Below are positions 56,205 to 64,000 of a DNA stretch of 64,000 nt, piece after piece. The translations under genes were made by a program, and so were the position numbers. Within the stretch, counting starts at the first letter, position 1, and each line of letters begins with the position of its first letter. Under the pieces are notes generated by a model, which saw only the letters and a list, made by a program, of their open reading frames with translations, was not told where the DNA came from and made no database searches. The DNA comes from Vicinamibacterales bacterium (GTDB lineage: Bacteria; Acidobacteriota; Vicinamibacteria; Vicinamibacterales; JAMQPK01). Where the stretch lies: NCBI GenBank assembly GCA_035281225.1, contig DATEEI010000097.1:16496-80495 (forward strand), in the 5' to 3' direction.

Positions 56205-56648
56205 TTACAGGGTTTCTGCGGCTCCGCCGGCTGCCGCAATCTTCTCGGCGGCCTTGCCGCTGAACTTATGCGCGCGAATCGTGAGCCCCTTGGTGATCTC
56301 GCCGCGACCAAGCACCTTGACGCGCTCGGCCGATGGCGGGATGAGCCGGCGCTCTCGAAGCAAATCCAGCGTGACCACAGTGCCGGCATCGAATCGCTCG
56401 CCGAGCGTGTCGAGATTCACGACGGCGTACTCGACGCTGAACGGGTTATGGAACCCGCGCTTCGGCACACGACGCTTGAGCGGCATCTGGCCGCCTTCGA
56501 ACCCGCGCTTGCGCTTGAACCCCGAGCGCGATTTCGCACCCTTGTGTCCCCGTCCCGCCTGCGTGCCTTGACCGGTGCCGTGGCCGCGGCCGACGCGCTT
56601 CTTGGAGTGCTTCGCGCCCTTGGGCGGCTTGAGATTTGAGAGATCCAT
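56205..56648 (-). CDS. rplO: 50S ribosomal protein L15
   Basis: MDLSNLKPPKGAKHSKKRVGRGHGTGQGTQAGRGHKG.., 147 aa. Confidence 0.96.
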   Translation of the reverse strand: MDLSNLKPPKGAKHSKKRVGRGHGTGQGTQAGRGHKGAKSRSGFKRKRGFEGGQMPLKRRVPKRGFHNPFSVEYAVVNLDTLGERFDAGTVVTLDLLRERRLIPPSAERVKVLGRGEITKGLTIRAHKFSGKAAEKIAAAGGAAETL

Positions 56649-56650
56649 CG

Positions 56651-56857
56651 TTATTGCACCTCGAGGAGGTGACGAACCTTGTGAATCATGCCCCGTATCG
56701 ACGGCGTATCCGCCAGCTCGACCGTGTGGCGAATGCGGCGCAGGCCAAGGCTTTCGACCACCGCCGCCTGCTTCCTGCCGAATCCAATCGTGCTCTTCAC
56801 GAGCGTCACTTTGACGCGCTTGGTATCGGCCTGTTTCTTCGCTGCTTTTTTAGCCAT
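56651..56857 (-). CDS. rpmD: 50S ribosomal protein L30
   Basis: ..VKVTLVKSTIGFGRKQAAVVESLGLRRIRHTVE.., 68 aa. Confidence 0.93.
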   Translation of the reverse strand: MAKKAAKKQADTKRVKVTLVKSTIGFGRKQAAVVESLGLRRIRHTVELADTPSIRGMIHKVRHLLEVQ

Positions 56858-56861
56858 AACC

Positions 56862-56939
56862 CTTCGTCGTGTTCCCTGTTGCTTCGTGCTCTTCGTGCCT
56901 TCGTGATGCTTCGTGTCTTCGTGGTCAGTGTCTTCGTGG
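56862..56939. repeat. six exact CTTCGTG copies plus one degenerate copy (rpsE-rpmD spacer)
   Basis: Exact copies start at 56882, 56891, 56899, 56909, 56917 and 56932 (spacing 8-15 nt). The degenerate copy cttcgtc is at 56862. Confidence 0.85.
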
Positions 56940-57461
56940 TTACTTCGACACCATCTCCTCGAGATCCTTACCGCGCAATCTCGCGACGGACGAAGGCTCC
57001 TTGAGGTTCTCGAGCCCGTTGAACGTCGCCCGCACCACGTTGTGCGGATTCGCAGAGCCGAGTGATTTCGTCAGCACGTTGTGCAGGCCGGCCGCCTCCA
57101 CCACCGCGCGCACGGCGCCGCCGGCGATGATGCCGGTGCCGTCCGGCGCCGGCTTCAGCAGCACGCTGCCCGATCCAAACGTACCGACCACGGTATGCGG
57201 AATCGTCGTCCCCTGCAGCGGCACCCGGATTAATCCCTTCTTGGCCGACTCGATGCCCTTCTTGATGGCCGACGGCACTTCCTTCGCCTTGCCGACACCG
57301 AAACCCACAACGCCGTGGCCGTCGCCGACGACGACCAGCGCGCTGAAGCTCAGGTTCTTGCCACCTTTGACGACCTTCGTGACGCGGTTGATCGACACCA
57401 CGGTGTCCTTGATGTCGAGCTGGGCCGGATCGATCTTTTCGCGAACTCGCTGAATAGCCAC
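56940..57461 (-). CDS. rpsE: 30S ribosomal protein S5
   Basis: ..[42 protein letters not shown].. 173 aa, GTG start sharing 1 nt with the rplR stop. Confidence 0.96.
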   Translation of the reverse strand: MAIQRVREKIDPAQLDIKDTVVSINRVTKVVKGGKNLSFSALVVVGDGHGVVGFGVGKAKEVPSAIKKGIESAKKGLIRVPLQGTTIPHTVVGTFGSGSVLLKPAPDGTGIIAGGAVRAVVEAAGLHNVLTKSLGSANPHNVVRATFNGLENLKEPSSVARLRGKDLEEMVSK

Positions 57462-57835
57462 TAGAACTCCAGTCCTGCTTTACGCGCCGCATCGGCGACC
57501 GCCTGAATCCGGCCGTGGTACAGGTAGCCGTTGCGATCGAAAACCACTTTAGTGATGCCCTTGTCTTTGAGGCGCTGCGCGATCGTCTGTCCGATGAGTT
57601 CCGCGCCGGCTTTGTTGTTGCCGCGCGTCTTGCCCTTCAGTCCCGACTTGACCGCCGCTTCGGTGGTCCCGGCCGACGCGACGGTCTTGCCCGTCATGTC
57701 GTCGATGACCTGCACGTAAATGTGCGACGAGCTTCGATAGACAGTCAGCCGCGGGCGATCCTGATCGCCGGCGATGCGCTTGCGCAGTCGAAGCTTGATG
57801 CGATAACGCCGATCTTCTCTCGTCTTGATACGCAT
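57461..57835 (-). CDS. rplR: 50S ribosomal protein L18
   Basis: ..[48 protein letters not shown], 124 aa. Confidence 0.96.
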   Translation of the reverse strand: MRIKTREDRRYRIKLRLRKRIAGDQDRPRLTVYRSSSHIYVQVIDDMTGKTVASAGTTEAAVKSGLKGKTRGNNKAGAELIGQTIAQRLKDKGITKVVFDRNGYLYHGRIQAVADAARKAGLEF

Positions 57836-57845
57836 AGTCTGTTCG

Positions 57846-57901
57846 CTCTTGGCTCTAGGCTTTGGGCTCTCGGCCTTGGGCCTGCCCTCATCCCTCTGCC
57901 C
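57846..57901. repeat. eight-unit heptad array ctcttgg ctctagg ctttggg ctctcgg ccttggg cctgccc tcatccc tctgccc (rplF-rplR spacer)
   Basis: Read directly. The last 20 nt (gccctcatccctctgccct) repeat the motif of 4600-4626. Confidence 0.85.
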
Positions 57902-58440
57902 TACTTGGTTCCCGTCTTGCCGGCTTTCTTCTTCAGCACTTCGCCGGTGAAGCGCACGCCCTTCTGCTTGTAGGGATCCGGTTGGCGCAGTCGGCGGATG
58001 TTGGCGGCGACCTGCCCCACCAACTGGCGATCAACGCCGGTGACGGTGATGTGCGTCTGCTTATCGATCACGATGTCGATGCCGGGCGGTACGTCGAACA
58101 CGACCGGATGCGAGTAGCCGAGCGCAAAGACGACCTGCTTGCCGCGCAGCTCAGCACGATAGCCGACGCCGACGATGTCGAGCTCGCGCTTGAACCCTTC
58201 GGTCACACCGAGCACACCGTTGGCAGCGAGGCTGCGCGCGAGGCCGTGGAACTTGCCGAGCTCGGGATCCTCGCGCGTAAGCGCGGCCTTGAGCTGGCCG
58301 TCGACAACCTCGAAGGCGATGCCCGGCGGAATCCGCTGCGTCAGCTTGCCTTTCGGTCCCTGAATATCCAGCGCGTCCGGGTTCACCTTGACGGTGACGC
58401 CCTTGGGCAGCGCGATCGGTTTTTTACCAATACGTGACAT
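57901..58440 (-). CDS. rplF: 50S ribosomal protein L6
   Basis: [19 protein letters not shown].., 179 aa. Confidence 0.96.
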   Translation of the reverse strand: MSRIGKKPIALPKGVTVKVNPDALDIQGPKGKLTQRIPPGIAFEVVDGQLKAALTREDPELGKFHGLARSLAANGVLGVTEGFKRELDIVGVGYRAELRGKQVVFALGYSHPVVFDVPPGIDIVIDKQTHITVTGVDRQLVGQVAANIRRLRQPDPYKQKGVRFTGEVLKKKAGKTGTK

Positions 58441-58445
58441 GTTTT

Positions 58446-58473
58446 TTCAGCTCTCAGCTACCGGCTCAACAGT
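58446..58473. repeat. heptad array ttcagct ctcagct accggct caacagt (rpsH-rplF spacer)
   Basis: Read directly; 4 units. Confidence 0.75.
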
Positions 58474-58892
58474 TACCAAATATTGCACAGCACTTCGCCG
58501 CCGACGCCGGCGCGCATGGCGGCGCGGCCGGTCATCACGCCGCGCGACGTGGTCAAAATGCTCGTGCCGAGGCCGCCAAGCACCGGCGGCACGTCGGTGC
58601 TGCGGAAGTACACGCGGCGCCCGGGCCGGCTAATGCGCTCGAGGCCTGTGATGACCTTTTCGCCGTGCGGCCCATATTTCAGAAAGATGCGGACCATCTG
58701 GCGCGGCGCGACGGCTTTGGCCGCCTCAGGCGATTTCTCGTCGACGAGCTTGAAGCCCTGGATGTACCCCTCGTCCTCGAGAATGCGCGCAATCTCCACC
58801 TTGAGCTTCGAGGCGGGGACGTCCACTCGGGAATGCTTGGCGATGACGGCATTCCGGAGGCGCGTGAGCATATCGGCAATCGGGTCTGTCAT
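58473..58892 (-). CDS. rpsH: 30S ribosomal protein S8
   Basis: MTDPIADMLTRLRNAVIAKHSRVDVPASK.., 139 aa. Confidence 0.96.
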   Translation of the reverse strand: MTDPIADMLTRLRNAVIAKHSRVDVPASKLKVEIARILEDEGYIQGFKLVDEKSPEAAKAVAPRQMVRIFLKYGPHGEKVITGLERISRPGRRVYFRSTDVPPVLGGLGTSILTTSRGVMTGRAAMRAGVGGEVLCNIW

Positions 58893-58925
58893 GTGTTGGT
58901 TCTCTACTCGTTCACTGTTTCTGTT

Positions 58926-58999
58926 CCAGCCGGTAGCTTGTAGCTCGTAGCCTGTAGCGAGCCTTTCCTACCGCCTACCAGCTACCACCTACCAACTAC
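58926..58999. repeat. heptad arrays gtagctt gtagctc gtagcct gtagcga, then the inverted ctaccgc ctaccag ctaccac ctaccaa (rpsN-rpsH spacer)
   Basis: Read directly. About 11 units in strict 7-bp register; GTAGC and CTACC(GCTAC)-type halves face each other. Confidence 0.85.
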
Positions 59000-59174
59000 T
59001 CTTTGTCACTCCCGCGACGTCGCCCTGCAGCGCCAGCTTGCGGAAGCAGAGGCGGCAGAGCGCGAACTTGCGAAGGTAGGCCCGCGGCCGGCCGCACAGG
59101 TGGCAGCGGTTCCGCAGGCGGACCTTGAATTTCGGAGCCTTGTGTTCCTTGGCGATCTTTGCTGTAGTGGCCAT
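58989..59174 (-). CDS. rpsN: 30S ribosomal protein S14, zinc-binding type Z
   Basis: 61 aa with [22 protein letters not shown]. Confidence 0.94.
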   Translation of the reverse strand: MATTAKIAKEHKAPKFKVRLRNRCHLCGRPRAYLRKFALCRLCFRKLALQGDVAGVTKSSW

Positions 59175-59176
59175 AC

Positions 59177-59728
59177 TTATCTCTGTTCCTGAGCTCTGAA
59201 CGGCATCCCAATCAACTGAAGCAGCTTGCGCGCTTCTTCATCGGTCCGCGCGCTGGTGACGACCGAGACGTTCATGCCGCGCGCTTTGTCCACCTTCATG
59301 TAGTCGATTTCCGGAAACAGCAGCTGATCCTTGAGCCCGAGCGTGAAATTGCCCCGGCCGTCGAACCCCTTGGGCGACACGCCGCGAAAATCGCGCACGC
59401 GCGGGAGCGCGATCGTCACGAGGCGGTCGAGGAACTCGTACATCCGGTCGCCCCGCAGCGTCACGCTGGTCGCAATCGGCTGTCCCTTGCGCACCTTGAA
59501 GGCGGCGATCGACTTCTTCGCGCGGCGCACGACGGGCTTCTGCCCCGTGATGCGTGCGAGCTCGTCGGCGCCCACCTCGATGATCTTGGCATTCGAGGTC
59601 GCCTCGCCGAGGCCCATGTTCACGACGACCTTCTGGATCTTCGGGACGGCCATCACGTTCTTGTAGCCGAACTCTTTCTTGAGCGCCGGCACGACTTCCT
59701 TGACGTAGCGATCTCTCAGGCGGCTCAT
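59177..59728 (-). CDS. rplE: 50S ribosomal protein L5
   Basis: The real start, ATG 59726-59728, overlaps the rplX stop. [39 protein letters not shown].., 183 aa. Confidence 0.95.
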   Translation of the reverse strand: MSRLRDRYVKEVVPALKKEFGYKNVMAVPKIQKVVVNMGLGEATSNAKIIEVGADELARITGQKPVVRRAKKSIAAFKVRKGQPIATSVTLRGDRMYEFLDRLVTIALPRVRDFRGVSPKGFDGRGNFTLGLKDQLLFPEIDYMKVDKARGMNVSVVTSARTDEEARKLLQLIGMPFRAQEQR

Positions 59729-60057
59729 TTGTCGACCACTCCCTCGCACTTCCGGCAGATGCGGACCTTGCGGCCGTCGCCGAGAATCTTGCGGCCGATG
59801 CGCGTCTGCGCGCCGCATTCAGGGCACAGGAGCTGGACGTTCGACGCGTGCAGCGACGCTTCCCGCTCGACGATGCCCCCCTTGACGTTTCGCTGCGGGT
59901 TCGGCTTCGTGTGGCGTTTGATCATGTTCACGCCCTCGACCACGAGCCGGTTCTTCGCAGGGACGACCTTCAACACACGTCCGCGCTTGCCGCGGTCCTT
60001 GCCCGCGATCACGAGGACGTTGTCGTTCTTCCGAATGGGACTCTGCAATAAAGACAT
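59725..60057 (-). CDS. rplX: 50S ribosomal protein L24
   Basis: ..[24 protein letters not shown].. KOW motif, 110 aa. Confidence 0.95.
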   Translation of the reverse strand: MSLLQSPIRKNDNVLVIAGKDRGKRGRVLKVVPAKNRLVVEGVNMIKRHTKPNPQRNVKGGIVEREASLHASNVQLLCPECGAQTRIGRKILGDGRKVRICRKCEGVVDK

Positions 60058-60061
60058 ATAA

Positions 60062-60128
60062 ACCGTCTACCGTTTGCCGTTTACTGTTTGCCGTTCGGTG
60101 AACGGTGAACTGTCAACGGTGAACTAAC
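60062..60128. repeat. heptad arrays accgtct accgttt gccgttt actgttt gccgttc, then the inverted ggtgaac ggtgaac tgtcaac ggtgaac (rplN-rplX spacer)
   Basis: Read directly. Central hairpin ccgttc-ggt-gaacgg. Confidence 0.85.
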
Positions 60129-60496
60129 TACAGCACCTCAGGTGCAAGCGAAATAATCTTCATGAACCGGCGCTCGCGCAGTTCGCGAGCCACCGGTCCG
60201 AACACGCGCGTGCCGATCGGTTCGCGCTGGTCGTTGATCAGCACGGCCGCGTTGCGATCGAAGCGGATATAGCTGCCGTCCTTGCGGCGCTGCTCCTTCA
60301 CCGTCCGGACGATCACCGCTTTCACGACCTGGCCTTTCTTGACGGTGCCGTCGGGGATGGCTTCCTTCACCGACGCCGTGACGACATCGCCGAGACGCGC
60401 GTAGCGCCCGGTCGAGCCGCCAATCGGATTGATGACCGCGATCTTGCGCGCACCGGAGTTGTCGGCGACGTCGAGGATCGATCGCATCTGAATCAT
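60128..60496 (-). CDS. rplN: 50S ribosomal protein L14
   Basis: [22 protein letters not shown].., 122 aa. Confidence 0.96.
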   Translation of the reverse strand: MIQMRSILDVADNSGARKIAVINPIGGSTGRYARLGDVVTASVKEAIPDGTVKKGQVVKAVIVRTVKEQRRKDGSYIRFDRNAAVLINDQREPIGTRVFGPVARELRERRFMKIISLAPEVL

Positions 60497-60499
60497 GGC

Positions 60500-60754
60500 T
60501 TAGACCTCCAGCGCCTTTCGGATGACGCGCGTGAGGACCCACCGCTTGCGCTTGCTCAGCGGCCGGCTCTCGACAATGGCGACGCGATCGCCGATCTTGG
60601 CGGTGTTCTCCTCGTCGTGCGTCACGAACTTCGACGTCCGACGCTGGGTTTTGCCGTAGAGCCCGTGCCGCACCTGCCACTCGACAGCGACGACGCAGGT
60701 CTTCTGCATCTTGTTGCTGACGACGACGCCTTCCTTCTCAGATTTCTCAGCCAT
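60500..60754 (-). CDS. rpsQ: 30S ribosomal protein S17
   Basis: ..[40 protein letters not shown].., 84 aa. Confidence 0.95.
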   Translation of the reverse strand: MAEKSEKEGVVVSNKMQKTCVVAVEWQVRHGLYGKTQRRTSKFVTHDEENTAKIGDRVAIVESRPLSKRKRWVLTRVIRKALEV

Positions 60755-60767
60755 GTGCTTCTATGCT

Positions 60768-60837
60768 CTCCGTTTACCGTTTGTCGTTCGCCGTTGACCG
60801 TGTCGCACGGTGCACGGTTGACCGTCAACGGTCAACG
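60768..60837. repeat. heptad arrays ctccgtt taccgtt tgtcgtt cgccgtt gaccgtg, then tcgcacg gtgcacg gttgacc gtcaacg gtcaacg (rpmC-rpsQ spacer)
   Basis: Read directly. Same CCGTT/AACGG family as 60062-60128, with palindromes accgtgtcgcacggt and cgttgaccgtcaacg. Confidence 0.85.
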
Positions 60838-61029
60838 CTTCCGTTGTTTCTCCGTCATGATCGTCTTGATGCACGCCAGGTCCCTGCGCGTATGGCGCAG
60901 CTTCAGCGGCGCATCGAGCTGCCCGAGCGACTGCTGAATGCGCATCCGGAACAGCTGATCCTCGAGCTCTTTCGCGCGCGATTCCAGATCGTCCACAGAA
61001 AGATCGCGCAGTTCCGCCACGTCCATCAT
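60832..61029 (-). CDS. rpmC: 50S ribosomal protein L29
   Basis: The real start, ATG 61027-61029, overlaps the rplP stop (ATGATG). [38 protein letters not shown].., 65 aa. Confidence 0.93.
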   Translation of the reverse strand: MMDVAELRDLSVDDLESRAKELEDQLFRMRIQQSLGQLDAPLKLRHTRRDLACIKTIMTEKQRKR

Positions 61030-61451
61030 GACGCTTTCTCCTCGGCGAACCGGGTCGCGAACTTCGTGAGGATGGGCAGCTTCGACGCCGCCAGCCGCAG
61101 CGCTTCGCGCGCCTCGGTCTGGGTCACCCCTTCCATCTCGAACAAAATCCGTCCCGGCCGCACCACGCACACCCACTGGTCCGGCGCGCCTTTGCCCTTG
61201 CCCATTCGCGTTTCCTGCGGCTTCTTGGTAATCGGCTTGTCAGGAAACACGCGCACCCAGATCTTGCCGCCGCGCTTGATGAACCTCGTCATCGCGACGC
61301 GGGCCGCCTCGATCTGCCGGTCGGTCAGCCAGCACGGCTCCATCGCACGGAGTCCGAAGTCTCCGAACGACACGTCGGAGCCGCGCCACGCTTTGCCCTT
61401 CATGCGGCCGCGTTGCTGCTTCCGGTACTTGACCTTCTTCGGCATTAACAT
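61026..61451 (-). CDS. rplP: 50S ribosomal protein L16
   Basis: [21 protein letters not shown].., 141 aa. Confidence 0.96.
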   Translation of the reverse strand: MLMPKKVKYRKQQRGRMKGKAWRGSDVSFGDFGLRAMEPCWLTDRQIEAARVAMTRFIKRGGKIWVRVFPDKPITKKPQETRMGKGKGAPDQWVCVVRPGRILFEMEGVTQTEAREALRLAASKLPILTKFATRFAEEKAS

Positions 61452-61555
61452 TTCGTTATCCCTCGTGGGGCCCCACCCCCACTCGGCTGCCGTCGCTTAC
61501 GCTCCGGATCTTGTTGCGATCAATCCGGTGCTTGGTGACGGACGCTGTCTGAGCT

Positions 61556-61583
61556 AATCCCTAGTCCCGAATCACCAATCCCT
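61556..61583. repeat. heptad array aatccct agtcccg aatcacc aatccct (end of the rpsC-rplP spacer)
   Basis: Read directly. The 11-mer aatcaccaatc also occurs at 3365-3375. Confidence 0.7.
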
Positions 61584-62286
61584 ACGCTCGCGCCTCGCGC
61601 GGCCCCGATGGCCGGCGTGGAGCACGCTCCCTGAATTCCTGTTCCTCGCGCGCCGTCTTCGGTGTCAGGCGCTCGCCCTTATAAAGCCACGTCTTGACGC
61701 CGATCTGACCGTATGTCGTGCTCGCCTCGGCGAACCCGTAATCGATGTCCGCCCGCAGCGTCTGCAGCGGCAGCTGCCCGTGCAGGTACCACTCGGAACG
61801 CGCGATCTCCGCGCCATTGAGGCGCCCCGACACGCGCACCTTGATACCCCGCGCGCCGAACCGCAGCGCCGATTCAACCGCTTTGCGCATCGCACGGCGA
61901 AACGCCACGCGCTTCTCGAGCTGCTGGGCCACCGACTCCGCGATGAGCTGCGCGTCGAGCTCCGGCTTCTGAATCTCCTGGATGTTGATGAACACCTCGC
62001 GGTTCGTCCGCTTCTGGATTTCGGCCTTGAGCTTCTCGACCTCCGTCCCCTTGCGGCCGATGATGATGCCCGGCCGGGAAGTATGAATGTCGATCTTCAG
62101 CTTGTTGGCCGCGCGCTCGGTCTCAATTTTGGCGACGCCGGCGTGCGCGAACCGCTTCTTGAGGTCGGCGCGCAACGCCAGATCCTCGTGGAGCAGCTTC
62201 GCGTAGTCGCGATCGGCGAACCAGCGCGACTTCCACGTCTTGTTGAACCCGAGCCGAAATCCGTACGGATGTACTTTTTGACCCAC
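61582..62286 (-). CDS. rpsC: 30S ribosomal protein S3
   Basis: GTG start after [30 protein letters not shown].., 234 aa. Confidence 0.96.
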   Translation of the reverse strand: MGQKVHPYGFRLGFNKTWKSRWFADRDYAKLLHEDLALRADLKKRFAHAGVAKIETERAANKLKIDIHTSRPGIIIGRKGTEVEKLKAEIQKRTNREVFINIQEIQKPELDAQLIAESVAQQLEKRVAFRRAMRKAVESALRFGARGIKVRVSGRLNGAEIARSEWYLHGQLPLQTLRADIDYGFAEASTTYGQIGVKTWLYKGERLTPKTAREEQEFRERAPRRPSGPREARA

Positions 62287-62295
62287 AGCAGCTCC

Positions 62296-62353
62296 TCGTT
62301 ACTTCTTACTTCTTACTTCTTACTTCCCACTTCTTACTTTTCGTGCTTCTTAC
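62296..62353. repeat. heptad array tcgttac ttcttac x3 ttcccac ttcttac ... ttcttac (rplV-rpsC spacer, extending into the rplV 3' end)
   Basis: Read directly. The unit containing tta (62334-62336) supplies the rplV stop codon, and the array continues about 17 nt into the coding sequence (..KSKKHEK). Confidence 0.85.
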
Positions 62354-62828
62354 TTTTCGCGGCCGTTTTCTTCGCCGGCGTCGCACGCTTGCGTACGGGT
62401 GTCGTCGCCGTCTCTCCGGCCTCAGGTTTCGCCTTGGCCGTCCGGCCCTTCGGCGCCGGTGTCGCCACCGCCGCAATCGCCAGCGGCCGCTCCGATACGC
62501 GCACTGTCAGATGCGCGGTGCGCTTCACGACACGGAACGCCCGGCCCATCGGGGCAGGACGAATTCGCTTCATCGACGGCCCCTGGTTGGCGTAGCACGC
62601 CGAGACGAACAGACGATCGACGTCGCCGCCGAAGCCTTCCTTCTGCTGCGCGTTGGCAATCGCCGATCGCAGCAGCTTGGCGATGTCGTGTCCGATCCCC
62701 TTGCGCGTGAACAGCAGTGTAGCGAGCGCACGATTCACATCGCGCCCGCGGATCAAATCCATCACCAGTCCGGCCTTCTGAGCCGACGTGCGGACGTACT
62801 TCGCTGTCGCGTGAGCTTCAATCGCCAT
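62334..62828 (-). CDS. rplV: 50S ribosomal protein L22
   Basis: MAIEAHATAKYVRTSAQKAGLVMDLIRGRDVNRAL.. 164 aa, including a ~50-aa A/K/T/P-rich C-terminal tail. Confidence 0.95.
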   Translation of the reverse strand: MAIEAHATAKYVRTSAQKAGLVMDLIRGRDVNRALATLLFTRKGIGHDIAKLLRSAIANAQQKEGFGGDVDRLFVSACYANQGPSMKRIRPAPMGRAFRVVKRTAHLTVRVSERPLAIAAVATPAPKGRTAKAKPEAGETATTPVRKRATPAKKTAAKSKKHEK

Positions 62829-62831
62829 GGA

Positions 62832-63164
62832 CTAGCCCCCCGCCTTCGCCCCGCCGCCACCAGCGGCGGGCGGCGCCGCGGCGGCCACCTGCGCGGCCTT
62901 TTCCGTCTTGGTCGTGTGTCCCTTGAACTGGCGGGTCGGCGAGAACTCGCCCAGCTTCTGCCCCACCATGTTTTCGGTCACGTACACGGGGATGAATTTC
63001 CTGCCGTTGTGTACCGCGAGCGTGTGTCCCACCATTTCGGGAATCACGGTCGAGCGGCGCGACCAGGTCTTCACCACTTTCTTCTCGTTATCGCGATTCA
63101 TCGCCTCGATCTTCTCGAGGAGCGGCGTATCAACGAACGGTCCCTTTTTCAGTGATCGGCTCAT
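62832..63164 (-). CDS. rpsS: 30S ribosomal protein S19
   Basis: Real start ATG 63162-63164. [52 protein letters not shown]. 110 aa with an A/G-rich tail. Confidence 0.95.
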   Translation of the reverse strand: MSRSLKKGPFVDTPLLEKIEAMNRDNEKKVVKTWSRRSTVIPEMVGHTLAVHNGRKFIPVYVTENMVGQKLGEFSPTRQFKGHTTKTEKAAQVAAAAPPAAGGGGAKAGG

Positions 63165-63172
63165 AACAACTC

Positions 63173-64000
<828 letters not shown>

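Noticed and set aside
54043-56571. 842-aa plus-strand ORF, and many other long ORFs antisense to recognised genes (for example 505-1635, 1788-3395, 17307-18254, 27425-28612, 33147-34571, 38078-39178, 46506-47630)
   Set aside because: They have low-complexity R/H/D/G/A-rich compositions and no recognisable motifs. They lie exactly opposite strongly supported genes (secY, adk, proS, nadB, pilR, pilB and others). These are typical shadow ORFs of high-GC DNA.
52240-62353. Possibility that the repeat arrays are CRISPR arrays
   Set aside because: The units are 7 bp, contiguous and degenerate. There are no 25-40 bp conserved repeats alternating with unique spacers, and no cas genes in the window.

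Overview
GC-rich bacterial chromosomal window with no obvious mobile DNA.

Contents in order:
- proS-nadB (minus) and aroB (plus).
- A ~31 kb type IVa pilus supercluster (4633-35574):
  - a sigma-54 response regulator;
  - two divergent minor-pilin operons (GspH/I/J/K-like sets). Each ends in a PilX_N protein followed by a small secreted coiled-coil protein, and one PilX_N + coiled-coil module is tandemly duplicated;
  - a PAS histidine kinase, pilD and a PilGHI-like ABC transporter;
  - two near-identical tandem pilA genes separated by an intrinsic terminator, the upstream one behind a near-consensus sigma-54 promoter;
  - four GT-C-type membrane glycosyltransferase-like genes, two of them translationally coupled to pilSR;
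  - pilC-pilT-pilB and an outer-membrane beta-barrel gene.
- Membrane proteins and a MacA/MacB-type efflux operon with no ATPase gene.
- A four-helix-bundle (23S IVS family) gene.
- An ECF43-like sigma factor divergently paired with a soluble Ser/Thr kinase, plus a 1099-aa membrane Ser/Thr kinase with TPRs.
- An EF-G2-like paralog.
- The almost complete S10-spc-alpha ribosomal protein operons on the minus strand, from rplB (partial at the window edge) through rplQ.

The order pilB-pilT-pilC-pilS-pilR ... pilA-ABC-pilD resembles the Myxococcus xanthus pil locus. Taxonomy cannot be proven from this window.

The most unusual signal is in the intergenic spacers, especially between ribosomal protein genes. 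Many consist of arrays of imperfect 7-bp-period repeats from a few sequence families, often arranged as two reverse-complementary half-arrays. The same repeat type occurs inside the large kinase coding sequence and as inverted arrays flanking small inserts.

No rRNA, tRNA, CRISPR, transposase or integrase was recognised.
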